Source: Verrucomicrobiota bacterium
Lineage (GTDB): Bacteria; Auribacterota; JABMQX01; JAFGEW01
Direction of reading: 5' to 3'
NCBI GenBank assembly: GCA_016931415.1
Contig: JAFGEW010000099.1
Span: 18,522-82,521 of the forward strand
DNA: 64,000 bases
This document shows, one piece after another, positions 9,442 to 18,235 of this stretch. Under the pieces are notes generated by a model. The model did not search any database. It was not told where the DNA came from and saw only the letters and a program-made list of their open reading frames with translations. The number at the start of each line of letters is the position of its first letter. Position 1 is the first letter of the stretch. Position numbers and translations under genes: made by a program.

Positions 9442-9471
9442 TTGACGGCCCGGACGAGGCCGGCGCATAGT
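9442..9471 (+). promoter_or_regulatory. Putative sigma70 promoter of the leader-GNAT-aroF unit
   Basis: TTGACG-N18-CATAGT. Confidence 0.45.
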
Positions 9472-9504
9472 GCCGACGAACGAACGTACCGCAGGGACCT
9501 TGCG

Positions 9505-9600
9505 ATGGGGCGCAACGAATACGCGATGACGACGGCGGCGACGTTTCTCGCTTCTATGTATTCGTTCGGCTTTACGGGCCGGAGGCGTCCGGGTCCTTAG
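9505..9600 (+). CDS. Putative Phe/Tyr-containing leader peptide
   Basis: MGRNEYAMTTAATFLASMYSFGFTGRRRPGP-stop (alternative ATG at 9526); TTT, TAT, TTC, TTT codons cluster just 5' of the antiterminator arm. Confidence 0.65.
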   Translation: MGRNEYAMTTAATFLASMYSFGFTGRRRPGP

Positions 9601-9621
9601 GCGACGAGAGAGCGCGATCTC

Positions 9622-9652
9622 AAGCCCCAGGACCCGGGTTCTGGGGCTTTTT
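9622..9652 (+). terminator. Attenuator terminator hairpin
   Basis: AAGCCCCAGGAC-CCGG-GTTCTGGGGCTT followed by TTT; competed by pairing of 9589-9597 with 9629-9637. Confidence 0.8.
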
Positions 9653-9682
9653 GCTGGCCGGACTCGATGAAGGGACACGATC

Positions 9683-10267
9683 ATGATTGCGGGCGAGAAA
9701 GTGCGCTTGCGAGCGCTGCAGGAAGAGGACGCCGAGGACTGCTGGCGCTGGTTCAACACCTGGGAGATGGTGCGCAACCTCGAGATCCGCTATCCGGTCT
9801 CGCGGCTGGCCGAGCGGGAGTTCATCGCGAACGCAATGAAGCCGCAGGCGGACGACAAGGTGTTCGCGATCGAGGCGCTCGATGGCGGCGCGTATCTCGG
9901 CAACGTCGGGTTGCACCGGATCTCATGGGAGGACCGGCGGGCGACGTTCGGCATCTTCATCGGCGAGAAGGCCTACTGGGGCAAGGGGTACGGCACGGAC
10001 GCGACGCGTGCGATCGTGCGATTCGCGTTCGAGCAGATGAATCTGAACCGGGTCGATCTGCAGGTGCTGGCCGACAACGAGCGCGGGATTCGCTGCTACG
10101 AGAAGGTCGGCTTTGTGCGCGAAGGCGTGCAGCGCCAGCACCGCTACCGCGAGGGGCGCTACGTGGACATGGTCGTCATGTCGATCTTGCGCGAGGAATA
10201 CGAAACACGACGCGATGAGTTCCTGCCGAAGCAGGTCGACACGCCGCGCCACGCCCGGGAGGACTGA
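9683..10267 (+). CDS. RimJ/RimL-type GNAT N-acetyltransferase
   Basis: WGKGYGT acetyl-CoA loop, N-x-R-x-I-x-C-Y-E-K-x-G-F motif. Confidence 0.9.
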   Translation: MIAGEKVRLRALQEEDAEDCWRWFNTWEMVRNLEIRYPVSRLAEREFIANAMKPQADDKVFAIEALDGGAYLGNVGLHRISWEDRRATFGIFIGEKAYWGKGYGTDATRAIVRFAFEQMNLNRVDLQVLADNERGIRCYEKVGFVREGVQRQHRYREGRYVDMVVMSILREEYETRRDEFLPKQVDTPRHARED

Positions 10268-10270
10268 GCC

Positions 10271-11284
10271 ATGATTATTGTGATGAAGCATGGGGCGACG
10301 CAGGAGCAGCTCGACCACGTCTTCGAGCGCATCACGACGCTAGGCCTGCGCTACCAGGCCATCTACGGCGAGGAGCGCGTCGTCATCGGCGTGATCGGCG
10401 AAGAGGACGTTGTGCGCACGCTGCCGCTCGACGCAATGCCGGGCGTCGAGCGCAGCTTCCCGATCCTCCACGAGTTCCGGCTGGCGGACCGCGAATGGCA
10501 CGAGGCGCCGTCGAAGATCACGATCAACGGCGTGGTCGTGGGCGGGAAGAAGCTCGTCGTCATGGCCGGTCCGTGCACGATCGAGAATGAGGCGATGCTC
10601 GTCAAGACCGCCGAGGCGGTGCGACAGGCGGGGGCGTTGGTGCTGCGTGGCGGGGCGTTCAAGCCCCGGACCTCTCCGTACACGTTCCAGGGTCACGGCG
10701 AGGCGGCACTCGAGTACCTTATCGAGGCCCGCAGTATCACCGGGTTGCCCGTGGTGACCGAGGTGATGGACACCGCCGAGATCGAGCTGGTGGCGCGCTA
10801 CGCCGACGTGCTGCAGATCGGGGCGCGCAACATGGCCAATTTCAGCCTGCTCAAGAAGGTGGGCAAGCTCGACAAGCCGATACTGCTCAAGCGCGGCATG
10901 GCCTCGACGGTGCGCGAGTTGCTCATGTCGGCCGAGTACATCCTGTCCAACGGCAACATGAACGTGATCCTGTGCGAACGCGGCATCCGCACGTTCGAGG
11001 ACGGTACTCGCAACACGCTTGACCTGAGCGCCGTGCCGGCGATCAAACAGATGAGCCACCTGCCCGTGATCGTCGACCCGAGCCACGGCACGGGCCGCAG
11101 CGCGCTCGTCGGACCGATGGCGAAAGCGGCCATCGCCGCCGGTGCCGATGGGTTGATGATCGAGGTCCATCCGAATCCCGAGGAGGCGATCAGCGACGGC
11201 GCGCAGACGCTCAGCTTCGAGCAGTTCGAGCAGTTGATGCGCGAGCTCCGCCCAATCGCCGAAGCTGTCGGCCGGGAGATCTAA
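10271..11284 (+). CDS. aroF: DAHP synthase type I-beta with N-terminal regulatory domain
   Basis: [39 protein letters not shown]. Confidence 0.95.
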   Translation: MIIVMKHGATQEQLDHVFERITTLGLRYQAIYGEERVVIGVIGEEDVVRTLPLDAMPGVERSFPILHEFRLADREWHEAPSKITINGVVVGGKKLVVMAGPCTIENEAMLVKTAEAVRQAGALVLRGGAFKPRTSPYTFQGHGEAALEYLIEARSITGLPVVTEVMDTAEIELVARYADVLQIGARNMANFSLLKKVGKLDKPILLKRGMASTVRELLMSAEYILSNGNMNVILCERGIRTFEDGTRNTLDLSAVPAIKQMSHLPVIVDPSHGTGRSALVGPMAKAAIAAGADGLMIEVHPNPEEAISDGAQTLSFEQFEQLMRELRPIAEAVGREI

Positions 11285-11482
11285 CCCCCAGATACGTGCG
11301 TGACACAGGGGTCTCTCCCGCGTCGCATCACAGAGCCATCGGCATCGTCCAGATCACGGACAGGATGTCTGTGGTGCGATGCAGGCGCAACGCCTGGCCT
11401 GCACGGGGCCCAGATTCTCGGATAAAGGGCTTTTCTCCTCGGGAAGCCCTTCACCCGATGGGTGTGACACACGGAGGAGGGC

Positions 11483-11698
11483 AAGCCCCGCTGTGGCGGG
11501 GCGGCTGGGAGTAGCCACGAGTGCGAACCCGTGGGGCGGAACGCAACGAGCAACGCCCCGAGCCCCTTGAGGGGCGATTGAGATTCCTCGTCGAGGGTTT
11601 GGACCTCAATCGCCCCATAAGGGGCTCGGAACGTCGCGTGATATGCCGGTCCGCGGGCTATCGCCCGTGGCTACTGCCAGACGCTCCTGACGGAGCTT
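11483..11698. repeat. REP/REPIN-like nested palindrome of the GTAG family
   Basis: 11558-11582 and 11605-11629 are inverted at 23/25 positions; outer arms GTAGCCACG..CCCGTGG (11511-11534) and CCGCGGG..CCCGTGGCTAC (11651-11674). Confidence 0.75.
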
Positions 11699-11828
11699 CC
11701 AGCCTCCACCGGACGACTGCTACCCGCCGATCTGGGCGGGGCCGGGGGATTGCGTTCTGGATAGAGAGTGGGTACACTCACCGCGGCAAGGGACCTTGGC
11801 ACGACGCACGGTGGCATAAGGAACGGCG

Positions 11829-12368
11829 GTGATCCAGTTCTACGTTGGGGACGGCAAGGGCAAGACGACAGCGGCGATCGGGCTGGCAGTCCGGGCGCTG
11901 GGCGCTGCGCTGCGCGTGGCCATCGTGCAGTTCGACAAAGGTGAGGCGCCTGACGGGCCGGGTTACTCGGAACGGCGCGTGCTCGACGGGCTTGACGGGC
12001 TGACGCTGATCGCCACGGGCCGCGACCGCCGCAACCCGGACGGCTCGTTCCGTACCGGGAATACCGACGACGACTACCGCGAGGCGCGGCACGGGCTCGA
12101 GGTGGTCGCCCGCCTGCTCGACAACGGGCGCCACGATCTCATTGTGTGCGACGAACTGCTTTCCTGTCTGACCACCGGGCTGTTGGAGCGGCGCGACGTC
12201 GAGGCGATTCTCGACCAACACGGCGGGCGTGAGCATGTCGAGCTGGTGCTCACGGGCCGGTGCAACGACGAGGCGCTCCTGGCCCGCGCCGATCTGATCA
12301 CCGAGATGCGGAACATCAAGCACTACTACGACGCCGGCGTCGAGGCGCGGCGCGGATATGACTACTGA
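11829..12368 (+). CDS. cobO: Cob(I)yrinic acid a,c-diamide adenosyltransferase (CobO/BtuR family)
   Basis: GDGKGKTTAAIG, QFDK, CDE, LVLTGR, ADLITEM, KHYY. Confidence 0.9.
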   Translation: MIQFYVGDGKGKTTAAIGLAVRALGAALRVAIVQFDKGEAPDGPGYSERRVLDGLDGLTLIATGRDRRNPDGSFRTGNTDDDYREARHGLEVVARLLDNGRHDLIVCDELLSCLTTGLLERRDVEAILDQHGGREHVELVLTGRCNDEALLARADLITEMRNIKHYYDAGVEARRGYDY

Positions 12369-12371
12369 CCC

Positions 12372-14543
12372 ATGAGGCGTCTGCAACTCCCAGATCCGGT
12401 CTGCCTGAACGATGGGCGCGGCAGCGACAAGTACCCGTGCGCCATCGTCGATCGGCACAACCGGCTGTGGCTTGCCTGGCAGCGCTTTGCCGACGGGCGC
12501 GACACGACGGTGGTGACCTGTCTGCGCGACAACTTCGTCGTCTACCGGGAGGAACTGGGTGCCACGGGCTACGCGTACAAACCGGTGCTGTGCGAGGACG
12601 CCGCCGGCCGGATCGCGGTGGCATGGTCGGAAGTGGGCGAGGGCGGCTCAGCCGTGTGCCTGAGCTGGATCGCCCATGGCCAGCATTCGCCGCCGGGGTA
12701 CGTCTCGATGGGCGGGCGCGATCTCGAGCCGTCCCTGGCCGCCGACGCGCAGGGCCGGCTCTGGGTAGCCTATCATTCCTTCCGTTCGGGCAGGGCGAGT
12801 GTGTTCCTTCGAGTATTCCAGGACGGGTGGAGCGACGAGATCGAGGTCACGCCCGGCATGGAGGCGTATCGGCCTTCGGTCGTGACGCTCGGGGGCGGGC
12901 GCGTGCGGGTTTTCTTCGATGCGTTTGCCGGCGGGCGGTACGATGTGTATTCGGTCGATTGCGACGGGCGGGGCGTCGGCGCACCGCAGCGTTGGTCCAC
13001 GGGCGGAACCTGGTGCAACTCGGCGTCGGCCGTGCGCGATGGACGCGGCGGCGCCGCGGTGGCCTGGACCGGGATCGGCTCAGGCGCCTACGTCTGCCAC
13101 GACGTCGCCGTGGACGGGCGCGTCGAGCGTGTGGCGTCGCTCGAGACGCGGTACGCCTCGCACGCCATTGCGGCCGACCGCGATTCGGTGTGGCTCGCGT
13201 GGCGTGGGCCCAAGTCGGTTATGCTCGCGCGGCGTCTCGACCGGACGACGGGCACATGGTCGGCGGCGGTCGCCGTGGACCGCAGCGGGCTGTACACGCG
13301 GCGGCCCGCGGTGGCGCTCAATCGCTCGGGCGTCCTCTGGGTGGCGTGGCAGGGCTCTCCGGCCAACGGCAAGCACCCGGTGCGCGACGCGCGGGTCTTT
13401 CTCCAGGCGTTGCCGCCGGATGTGGCTCATGCGCCCGCCGATCCGATGCTGCCGCCGCACGCCTGGCCAAGCGAGGCGGGCCACGAAATACCGCTGCCGT
13501 TCGACGAGTCCACGCCGTACAAGACGAGCGACGGCAGACGGGTCTTCTTCGGCGATATCCACGGCCAGATCTCATTCTCCGACGGCCTGGGCACGCACGA
13601 CCAGTTCTACAACTTCGAGCGGCATGTCAGCCGGCTCGATCTGGGCGCCGTGACCGACCACTGCGACTACCCGGACGGCGTTGCGCCGTCGGAGTGGAAC
13701 GTGACGCGGCTGCTCGCGTCCGCGTTCAACGAACCCGGACAGTTCGTGACGCTGCTTGGCTACGAGTGGACCTCGAACGAGGTGCGCGACGACTTCGGCC
13801 ACAAGAACGTCTACTTCCCGGGAGACCGGGGGGAGGTGTTCTCGCCGCTGCGCGAGTCGGGCCGGACGCCTGAGGCGCTCCATGCCGGGGCGAAACGCTA
13901 CGGGGCGCTGGTGGTGCCGCATCATGTCTCGGCGAACTGGGGCTCGGTCTCCGCCGCGACCGACTGGTCACGGCACGATCCCGAGACCGAGCGGCTGTGC
14001 GAGATCGCATCCATCCATGGCGCGATGGAGTATGACGGGAATCCGCGTGCGCACTCCCAGCCGCCCGTGCCGAACTGCTCAGTCCAGGCCGCGCTGGCGA
14101 GAGGCTGCAGGCTGGGCCTGATCGCCAGCAGTGACACCCACCAACTTGCACCGGGCAGGGACGGCGGGATTGTGGCGGTCGTGTGCGACGAGCTGTCGCG
14201 CGAGGCCGTGTTCGAGGCGCTCCGGTCGAGACGATGCTATGCGTCAACCGGACCACGGCTGCTCATCGAGTTCAGCGTCAACGGCCACGGAATGGGGAAT
14301 GAGGCGCCCGCAGCCGGGGATGTCCCGGTGGTTGTCGCGTACAGGGTCGAGGCCGACCGTCCTATCGTCGCCGTGCAGATCGTCAGGGACAACGCCAACG
14401 TCCACCGCGAGGATCCGGTCGGCTCGAGCTGCTCGGGCGAGTGGCGCGACCCAGCCTCCCGGTCTCCGGGCGTCTTCTACTACCTCCGCGTCGAGCTCGA
14501 AGACAACGCGTTCGCATGGTCCAGCCCTGTCTGGATTGTGTGA
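12372..14543 (+). CDS. PHP-fold metallohydrolase (DUF3604 / CehA-McbA-like) with an N-terminal beta-propeller-like region
   Basis: GDIHGQ..FSDG, VTDH, GYEWT, GHKNVYF, PHH, SSDTH, AWSSP; repeated 'P..A.D..GRLWVAW' blades in the N-terminal half. Confidence 0.75.
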   Translation: MRRLQLPDPVCLNDGRGSDKYPCAIVDRHNRLWLAWQRFADGRDTTVVTCLRDNFVVYREELGATGYAYKPVLCEDAAGRIAVAWSEVGEGGSAVCLSWIAHGQHSPPGYVSMGGRDLEPSLAADAQGRLWVAYHSFRSGRASVFLRVFQDGWSDEIEVTPGMEAYRPSVVTLGGGRVRVFFDAFAGGRYDVYSVDCDGRGVGAPQRWSTGGTWCNSASAVRDGRGGAAVAWTGIGSGAYVCHDVAVDGRVERVASLETRYASHAIAADRDSVWLAWRGPKSVMLARRLDRTTGTWSAAVAVDRSGLYTRRPAVALNRSGVLWVAWQGSPANGKHPVRDARVFLQALPPDVAHAPADPMLPPHAWPSEAGHEIPLPFDESTPYKTSDGRRVFFGDIHGQISFSDGLGTHDQFYNFERHVSRLDLGAVTDHCDYPDGVAPSEWNVTRLLASAFNEPGQFVTLLGYEWTSNEVRDDFGHKNVYFPGDRGEVFSPLRESGRTPEALHAGAKRYGALVVPHHVSANWGSVSAATDWSRHDPETERLCEIASIHGAMEYDGNPRAHSQPPVPNCSVQAALARGCRLGLIASSDTHQLAPGRDGGIVAVVCDELSREAVFEALRSRRCYASTGPRLLIEFSVNGHGMGNEAPAAGDVPVVVAYRVEADRPIVAVQIVRDNANVHREDPVGSSCSGEWRDPASRSPGVFYYLRVELEDNAFAWSSPVWIV

Positions 14544-14828
14544 ACGGAGCGCTCTCCTCGAGGCTGGCCTTCGCGCACGATCCTCGGCGGCTTATCCACA
14601 TGGTTATCAACGGGATTCCAACAGCTTTCTCCCGCATTGGGGCGTAGCTTCGGCAGGGCTGTCAGTGCTCGAACAGAGACGTGTTCTCGACGAGCTGGAG
14701 AGGCTGTGGGCACTGAATCTTCACTGGCGGACGCAACATACTCTCAATAGGCTAGTAGCGTTCGCAGGGAGCGATGTGCACAGAGGAATGATGCGGGCGG
14801 AACAGTTCTTGCTCTGGGTGTGGACAAC

Positions 14829-15866
14829 TCAGTCGAAAACGACCGTTCCCCGTCCGCTGCAGATTTCACCGATGGTTTTGTGGGGCATGTGTGCCGCTCG
14901 CAGGCCCTCGCGTACGGCGGCCAGCTTGCGGCTCGGTACTACAAGGATAAGGCCGATGCCCATGTTAAACGTTCGGTACATCTCCTTATCCGCCACGCGG
15001 CCAAGCTCTTGGATCACGCGGAAAACCTGAAGTGTTTTCCAGGTCTTTGGTCGTATCACGGCGTCGGCGTTCTCCGGAAGGATCCTGGGAATGTTTCCGT
15101 CGAATCCGCCCCCTGTGATATGGACAACGCCGCTGAGCAGTCCGTGCGTCGATAGGTTGTGGATAACGTGCGAGTAGTCCCGGTGGACCTTGAGCAGTTC
15201 GCGACCGACCGTTGTGCGCGTGCCTGGAAGCCGGTCGGTGAGCTTGAGCCCGGCCTGATCGAGCAAGACCTTGCGCGCCAGGGAGTAGCCGTTGGTGTGC
15301 AGGCCGGACGACGGTAGCCCGATCAACACGTCTCCCGGCCGGATGCGGGAGCCGTCGATGATCTTCGACCGGTCAACGACGCCGACAATGGTGCCGACGA
15401 GGTCATAGTCGCCGGGCTGGTAGACGCCGGGGAGTTGCGCGGTCTCCCCGCCCAGGAGCGCGCAGCCGGCTTTGCGGCACCCGGTGGCGAGGCCGGTGAC
15501 AATCTCGCCGACGGTGTTGGGAGCGACTTGCGAGAAGCCGATGTAATCGAGAAAGAAAAGCGGCCGAGCGCCTTGCGCCGCGATGTCGTTGGCGCAGTGG
15601 GCCACCAGGTCCCGGCCCACCGTCGAGTGAACACCCATCAGGCTTGCGACCTTCAGTTTGGTGCCCACACCATCGACGCTCGCGACCAGCACCGGCCGCT
15701 TCATGCCGAGGGAATGTGCGTCGAAGAGCCCGCCGAACAGGCCAATGTCCGCGAGCACGCGGTTCGAGAACGTCGACCGGACCTTTCGGGCGATGGTCCG
15801 TTTGACCGAATCCATCGCATCGATGTCAACGCCGGCGTCCCGGTAAGTGATCCCGCGCTTGCCCAT
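14829..15866 (-). CDS. purM: Phosphoribosylformylglycinamidine cyclo-ligase
   Basis: YRDAGVD, DGVGTK, PLFFLDY, GGETA, SSGLHTNGYSL, HITGGG, TFNMGIG. Confidence 0.97.
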   Translation of the reverse strand: MGKRGITYRDAGVDIDAMDSVKRTIARKVRSTFSNRVLADIGLFGGLFDAHSLGMKRPVLVASVDGVGTKLKVASLMGVHSTVGRDLVAHCANDIAAQGARPLFFLDYIGFSQVAPNTVGEIVTGLATGCRKAGCALLGGETAQLPGVYQPGDYDLVGTIVGVVDRSKIIDGSRIRPGDVLIGLPSSGLHTNGYSLARKVLLDQAGLKLTDRLPGTRTTVGRELLKVHRDYSHVIHNLSTHGLLSGVVHITGGGFDGNIPRILPENADAVIRPKTWKTLQVFRVIQELGRVADKEMYRTFNMGIGLILVVPSRKLAAVREGLRAAHMPHKTIGEICSGRGTVVFD

Positions 15867-15905
15867 CTACCTCCTGTTCGCTTCCGTACCCTCCGCGGAA
15901 GCTCT

Positions 15906-15934
15906 AATATAGGTATCACGAAAAGGCAGTGCAA
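15906..15934 (-). promoter_or_regulatory. Sigma70-type promoter of purM
   Basis: Minus strand TTGCAC-N17-TATATT. Confidence 0.65.
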
Positions 15935-16125
15935 GAGAAATCGAGGTGGAGGCGCGTTTTGCATGCGAATCACGCAGCATGCATTGCGCCAAGAAAGGTC
16001 AAGGGCGAGAGATGGCACGCTAACCTCTTCGTAGTCTGAGACTTGACTGGAAGGACGTGTTTGTGGCATGGTGTCTGGGGCGCTGTGGATAACTCGTGCT
16101 TGAACTGGCGAAGGAGGGCCGAGGC

Positions 16126-16806
16126 ATGTTGCGGATATGGCTGGCGGCGCTGGCTGTCGGGGCGGTCATCGTCTCGTGTGGCTGCGGCTGCCGAACGGAG
16201 AAGGTCACGGACGGTGCCGGGAAGGCCGGAAGGAATGGGAAGGCGGCCGAGGATATGAACGCGGCCGTCAAGCAGTCGTTCTGGGGTGAGGAGCGCGTCA
16301 CGTACACGGCTTCGTCGGGCTGGATGGCCGGCTGGCCGGTGCCCGATGGTGAGCAGTGGTCAGCAGCGCCGACAGACTCCACCCATGTGAAGTTCACTTA
16401 CGCGGGCGATCGGCTCGTGCGGCAGGAGGGCTTCGACGTCGCGGGGCGGCCGATGCGCCTTGATATGAACGGCGTGAGGCGCGAGTGGACGTACGCGGCG
16501 CATGGCGGCGTGCTCGAGGAGGCGCTCTACGACGCGGAAGGCAAGGTGGCCCGGCGGGAAGCATTCCGCTACGATGATGGCGGGCGGTGCGTGTTGCGGA
16601 CGCTGTACGAGTACGACAGGAAGCAGAACGAGAGCACGTACACGTACAACGCCGACGGGATCAGGCGCACGAACCGGATGGAACTGTACGGACCCGACGG
16701 GTCGCGCATCAACGTGCTCTCCGAGACGGAGCTGTGGAATCCCGAGACGAAGACTTGGGAGATCGAAACCGACGGCGCGTTTCCCTTTGGTGCCGGCAAC
16801 TCGTGA
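16126..16806 (+). CDS. Hypothetical lipoprotein with YD/RHS-like beta-hairpin repeats
   Basis: Hydrophobic leader ending in Cys; repeats YDAEGK, YDDGGR, YNADG, YGPDG. Confidence 0.65.
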   Translation: MLRIWLAALAVGAVIVSCGCGCRTEKVTDGAGKAGRNGKAAEDMNAAVKQSFWGEERVTYTASSGWMAGWPVPDGEQWSAAPTDSTHVKFTYAGDRLVRQEGFDVAGRPMRLDMNGVRREWTYAAHGGVLEEALYDAEGKVARREAFRYDDGGRCVLRTLYEYDRKQNESTYTYNADGIRRTNRMELYGPDGSRINVLSETELWNPETKTWEIETDGAFPFGAGNS

Positions 16807-16860
16807 TCCGGTCCGTGGATGACCGTCGGAGCCAAACCGAACACTCGAAGAGGTGCGAGC

Positions 16861-17577
16861 ATGAAGCGGGTGATGATGTGGATCGTGGTTGGTGCGGCGC
16901 TGGTGTCGCTGTTCTCATGTTGTGCGAGGCAGGGCGCCCCCGTTGGCAGGCAGACGGAGGCTCAGGACCCGAATACGGCCCTTGCCGATGCGCATTGGGG
17001 TGCCGAGCGCATCGTGTACGCGGGCAGCGTGGAGGTGTGGGATTCCGAGAGGACCGTGCCGGGCGAGGAGCAGTGGGACGGTCCACAGCCGGGGCGGGTG
17101 TGTTACAGGTTCACCTACCGCGGCGACAAGCTGGTGCGGATCGACACGCTCGGCCCGGATGGGACGCCGTTCCAGGCGCTCAAGGAGGGGCAGCGGGTCG
17201 AATGGAGGTACGGGCCGCACGGCAAGCTCCTCGACGAGATAGGCTATACCGAGACCGGCGAGATGGAGGCGCACAACACGCGGCGCTACGACGCGGCTGG
17301 CCGGCTCGTCGAGCAGGTGTATGGGTACGGTTCGGACACGGTTGTCTCCAAGGTGACGTGGGAGTACGAGGGCGATGCGAAGCACCCATCGAGCCGCGAG
17401 ATGCGCGACGAGGACGGCCGGGTCCGGAACAAGAGCACGTTCGCTTACGGCGCCGACGGCACGACGCGCACGGAGCGGCATGAGCCCTACGACGACCGTG
17501 GCGCTCCGGAACAGGTGGTCGAGTTCACACAGAAGTGGAACCCACAGACCGACCGCTGGGAAGACACCGGGGAGTAG
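16861..17577 (+). CDS. Paralogous hypothetical lipoprotein with YD/RHS-like repeats
   Basis: Leader ending LFSC; YDAAGR, YGADG; shares WG.ER..Y, GE.QW, FTY.GD.LVR and WNP.T..WE with the upstream gene. Confidence 0.68.
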   Translation: MKRVMMWIVVGAALVSLFSCCARQGAPVGRQTEAQDPNTALADAHWGAERIVYAGSVEVWDSERTVPGEEQWDGPQPGRVCYRFTYRGDKLVRIDTLGPDGTPFQALKEGQRVEWRYGPHGKLLDEIGYTETGEMEAHNTRRYDAAGRLVEQVYGYGSDTVVSKVTWEYEGDAKHPSSREMRDEDGRVRNKSTFAYGADGTTRTERHEPYDDRGAPEQVVEFTQKWNPQTDRWEDTGE

Positions 17578-17625
17578 GGGATGCGGCGACTTGCCCCTCG
17601 GTGAAAGCGTCTCACAGGCGCCGGT

Positions 17626-18153
17626 TCAGTCGCTGAAGAGCTTTTTGACGGCGTCGGACTCGCCCGGCTTGCGGCGCTGGCGCGGCAACGACTCGGGCTC
17701 TTCCTCGTCGGGTATTGAGATGTCGGCGCCGCCGCCTCCGCCGAGGACGAAGTCGGGATTGACGACCTGGTGCATCTTGAACGTCTGCGCGTTCATGTCG
17801 AGGAGCACGCCAAGCTTGAGCTTGGCCGCCTTGATGGCGCTGGCGACCTGCATCTTGAGCAGCCCGGGATGACCGCCCTCGGCCGCGAGGCGCACAAACA
17901 GCCGGTCGCGCAGAACGAAGTCGAGCGTGTACCCGCCCACGGTGGCGCCCTTGTAGAGCACGGGAATGAGCTTGTCGCGCTCGTACGGGATGTCGCGGCG
18001 GGTGAGCTCCTGCGCGAACGCTTTCTTGTACGGTTCCACGTCGAAGCCGGGCCCAAGCGTGGAGTACACCTCCTCGAGCGCCTTGCGGGCCTCGAACGCG
18101 ACGTCCTCGATGCTGACCCCGCTCATCTGCGTAGCCTCCTGTTCAGAAACCAT
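17626..18153 (-). CDS. Degenerate GxxExxY-family (PD-(D/E)xK fold) protein
   Basis: V..TLGPGF...Y...EL..R.IPY...IPVLYKG...D..L...LG.L pattern; start may be the ATG at 18126. Confidence 0.72.
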   Translation of the reverse strand: MVSEQEATQMSGVSIEDVAFEARKALEEVYSTLGPGFDVEPYKKAFAQELTRRDIPYERDKLIPVLYKGATVGGYTLDFVLRDRLFVRLAAEGGHPGLLKMQVASAIKAAKLKLGVLLDMNAQTFKMHQVVNPDFVLGGGGGADISIPDEEEPESLPRQRRKPGESDAVKKLFSD

Positions 18154-18235
18154 CCCCGAAAAACCCTACCACAGGCGGGGCTGTGCTCAAAGCGAGATAT
18201 TGGCGCGGCCTTGGCGCGGGCCGTACAATAGAGGC

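Larger units (their letters stand above)
14592..16092. promoter_or_regulatory. DnaA-box cluster
   Basis: Perfect TTATCCACA at 14592-14600 (+), 15158-15166 (-) and 16084-16092 (-); TTGTCCACA at 14819-14827 (-); 7/9 boxes at 14604 (+), 14831 (-) and 15119 (-). Confidence 0.7.

Noticed and set aside
11700-11828. Cobalamin riboswitch upstream of cobO
   Set aside because: No B12-box or other conserved core elements are visible
18154-18235. LexA (SOS) box upstream of dinB
   Set aside because: No CTGT-N8-ACAG, GAAC-N4-GTTC or TGTTC-N4-GAACA match
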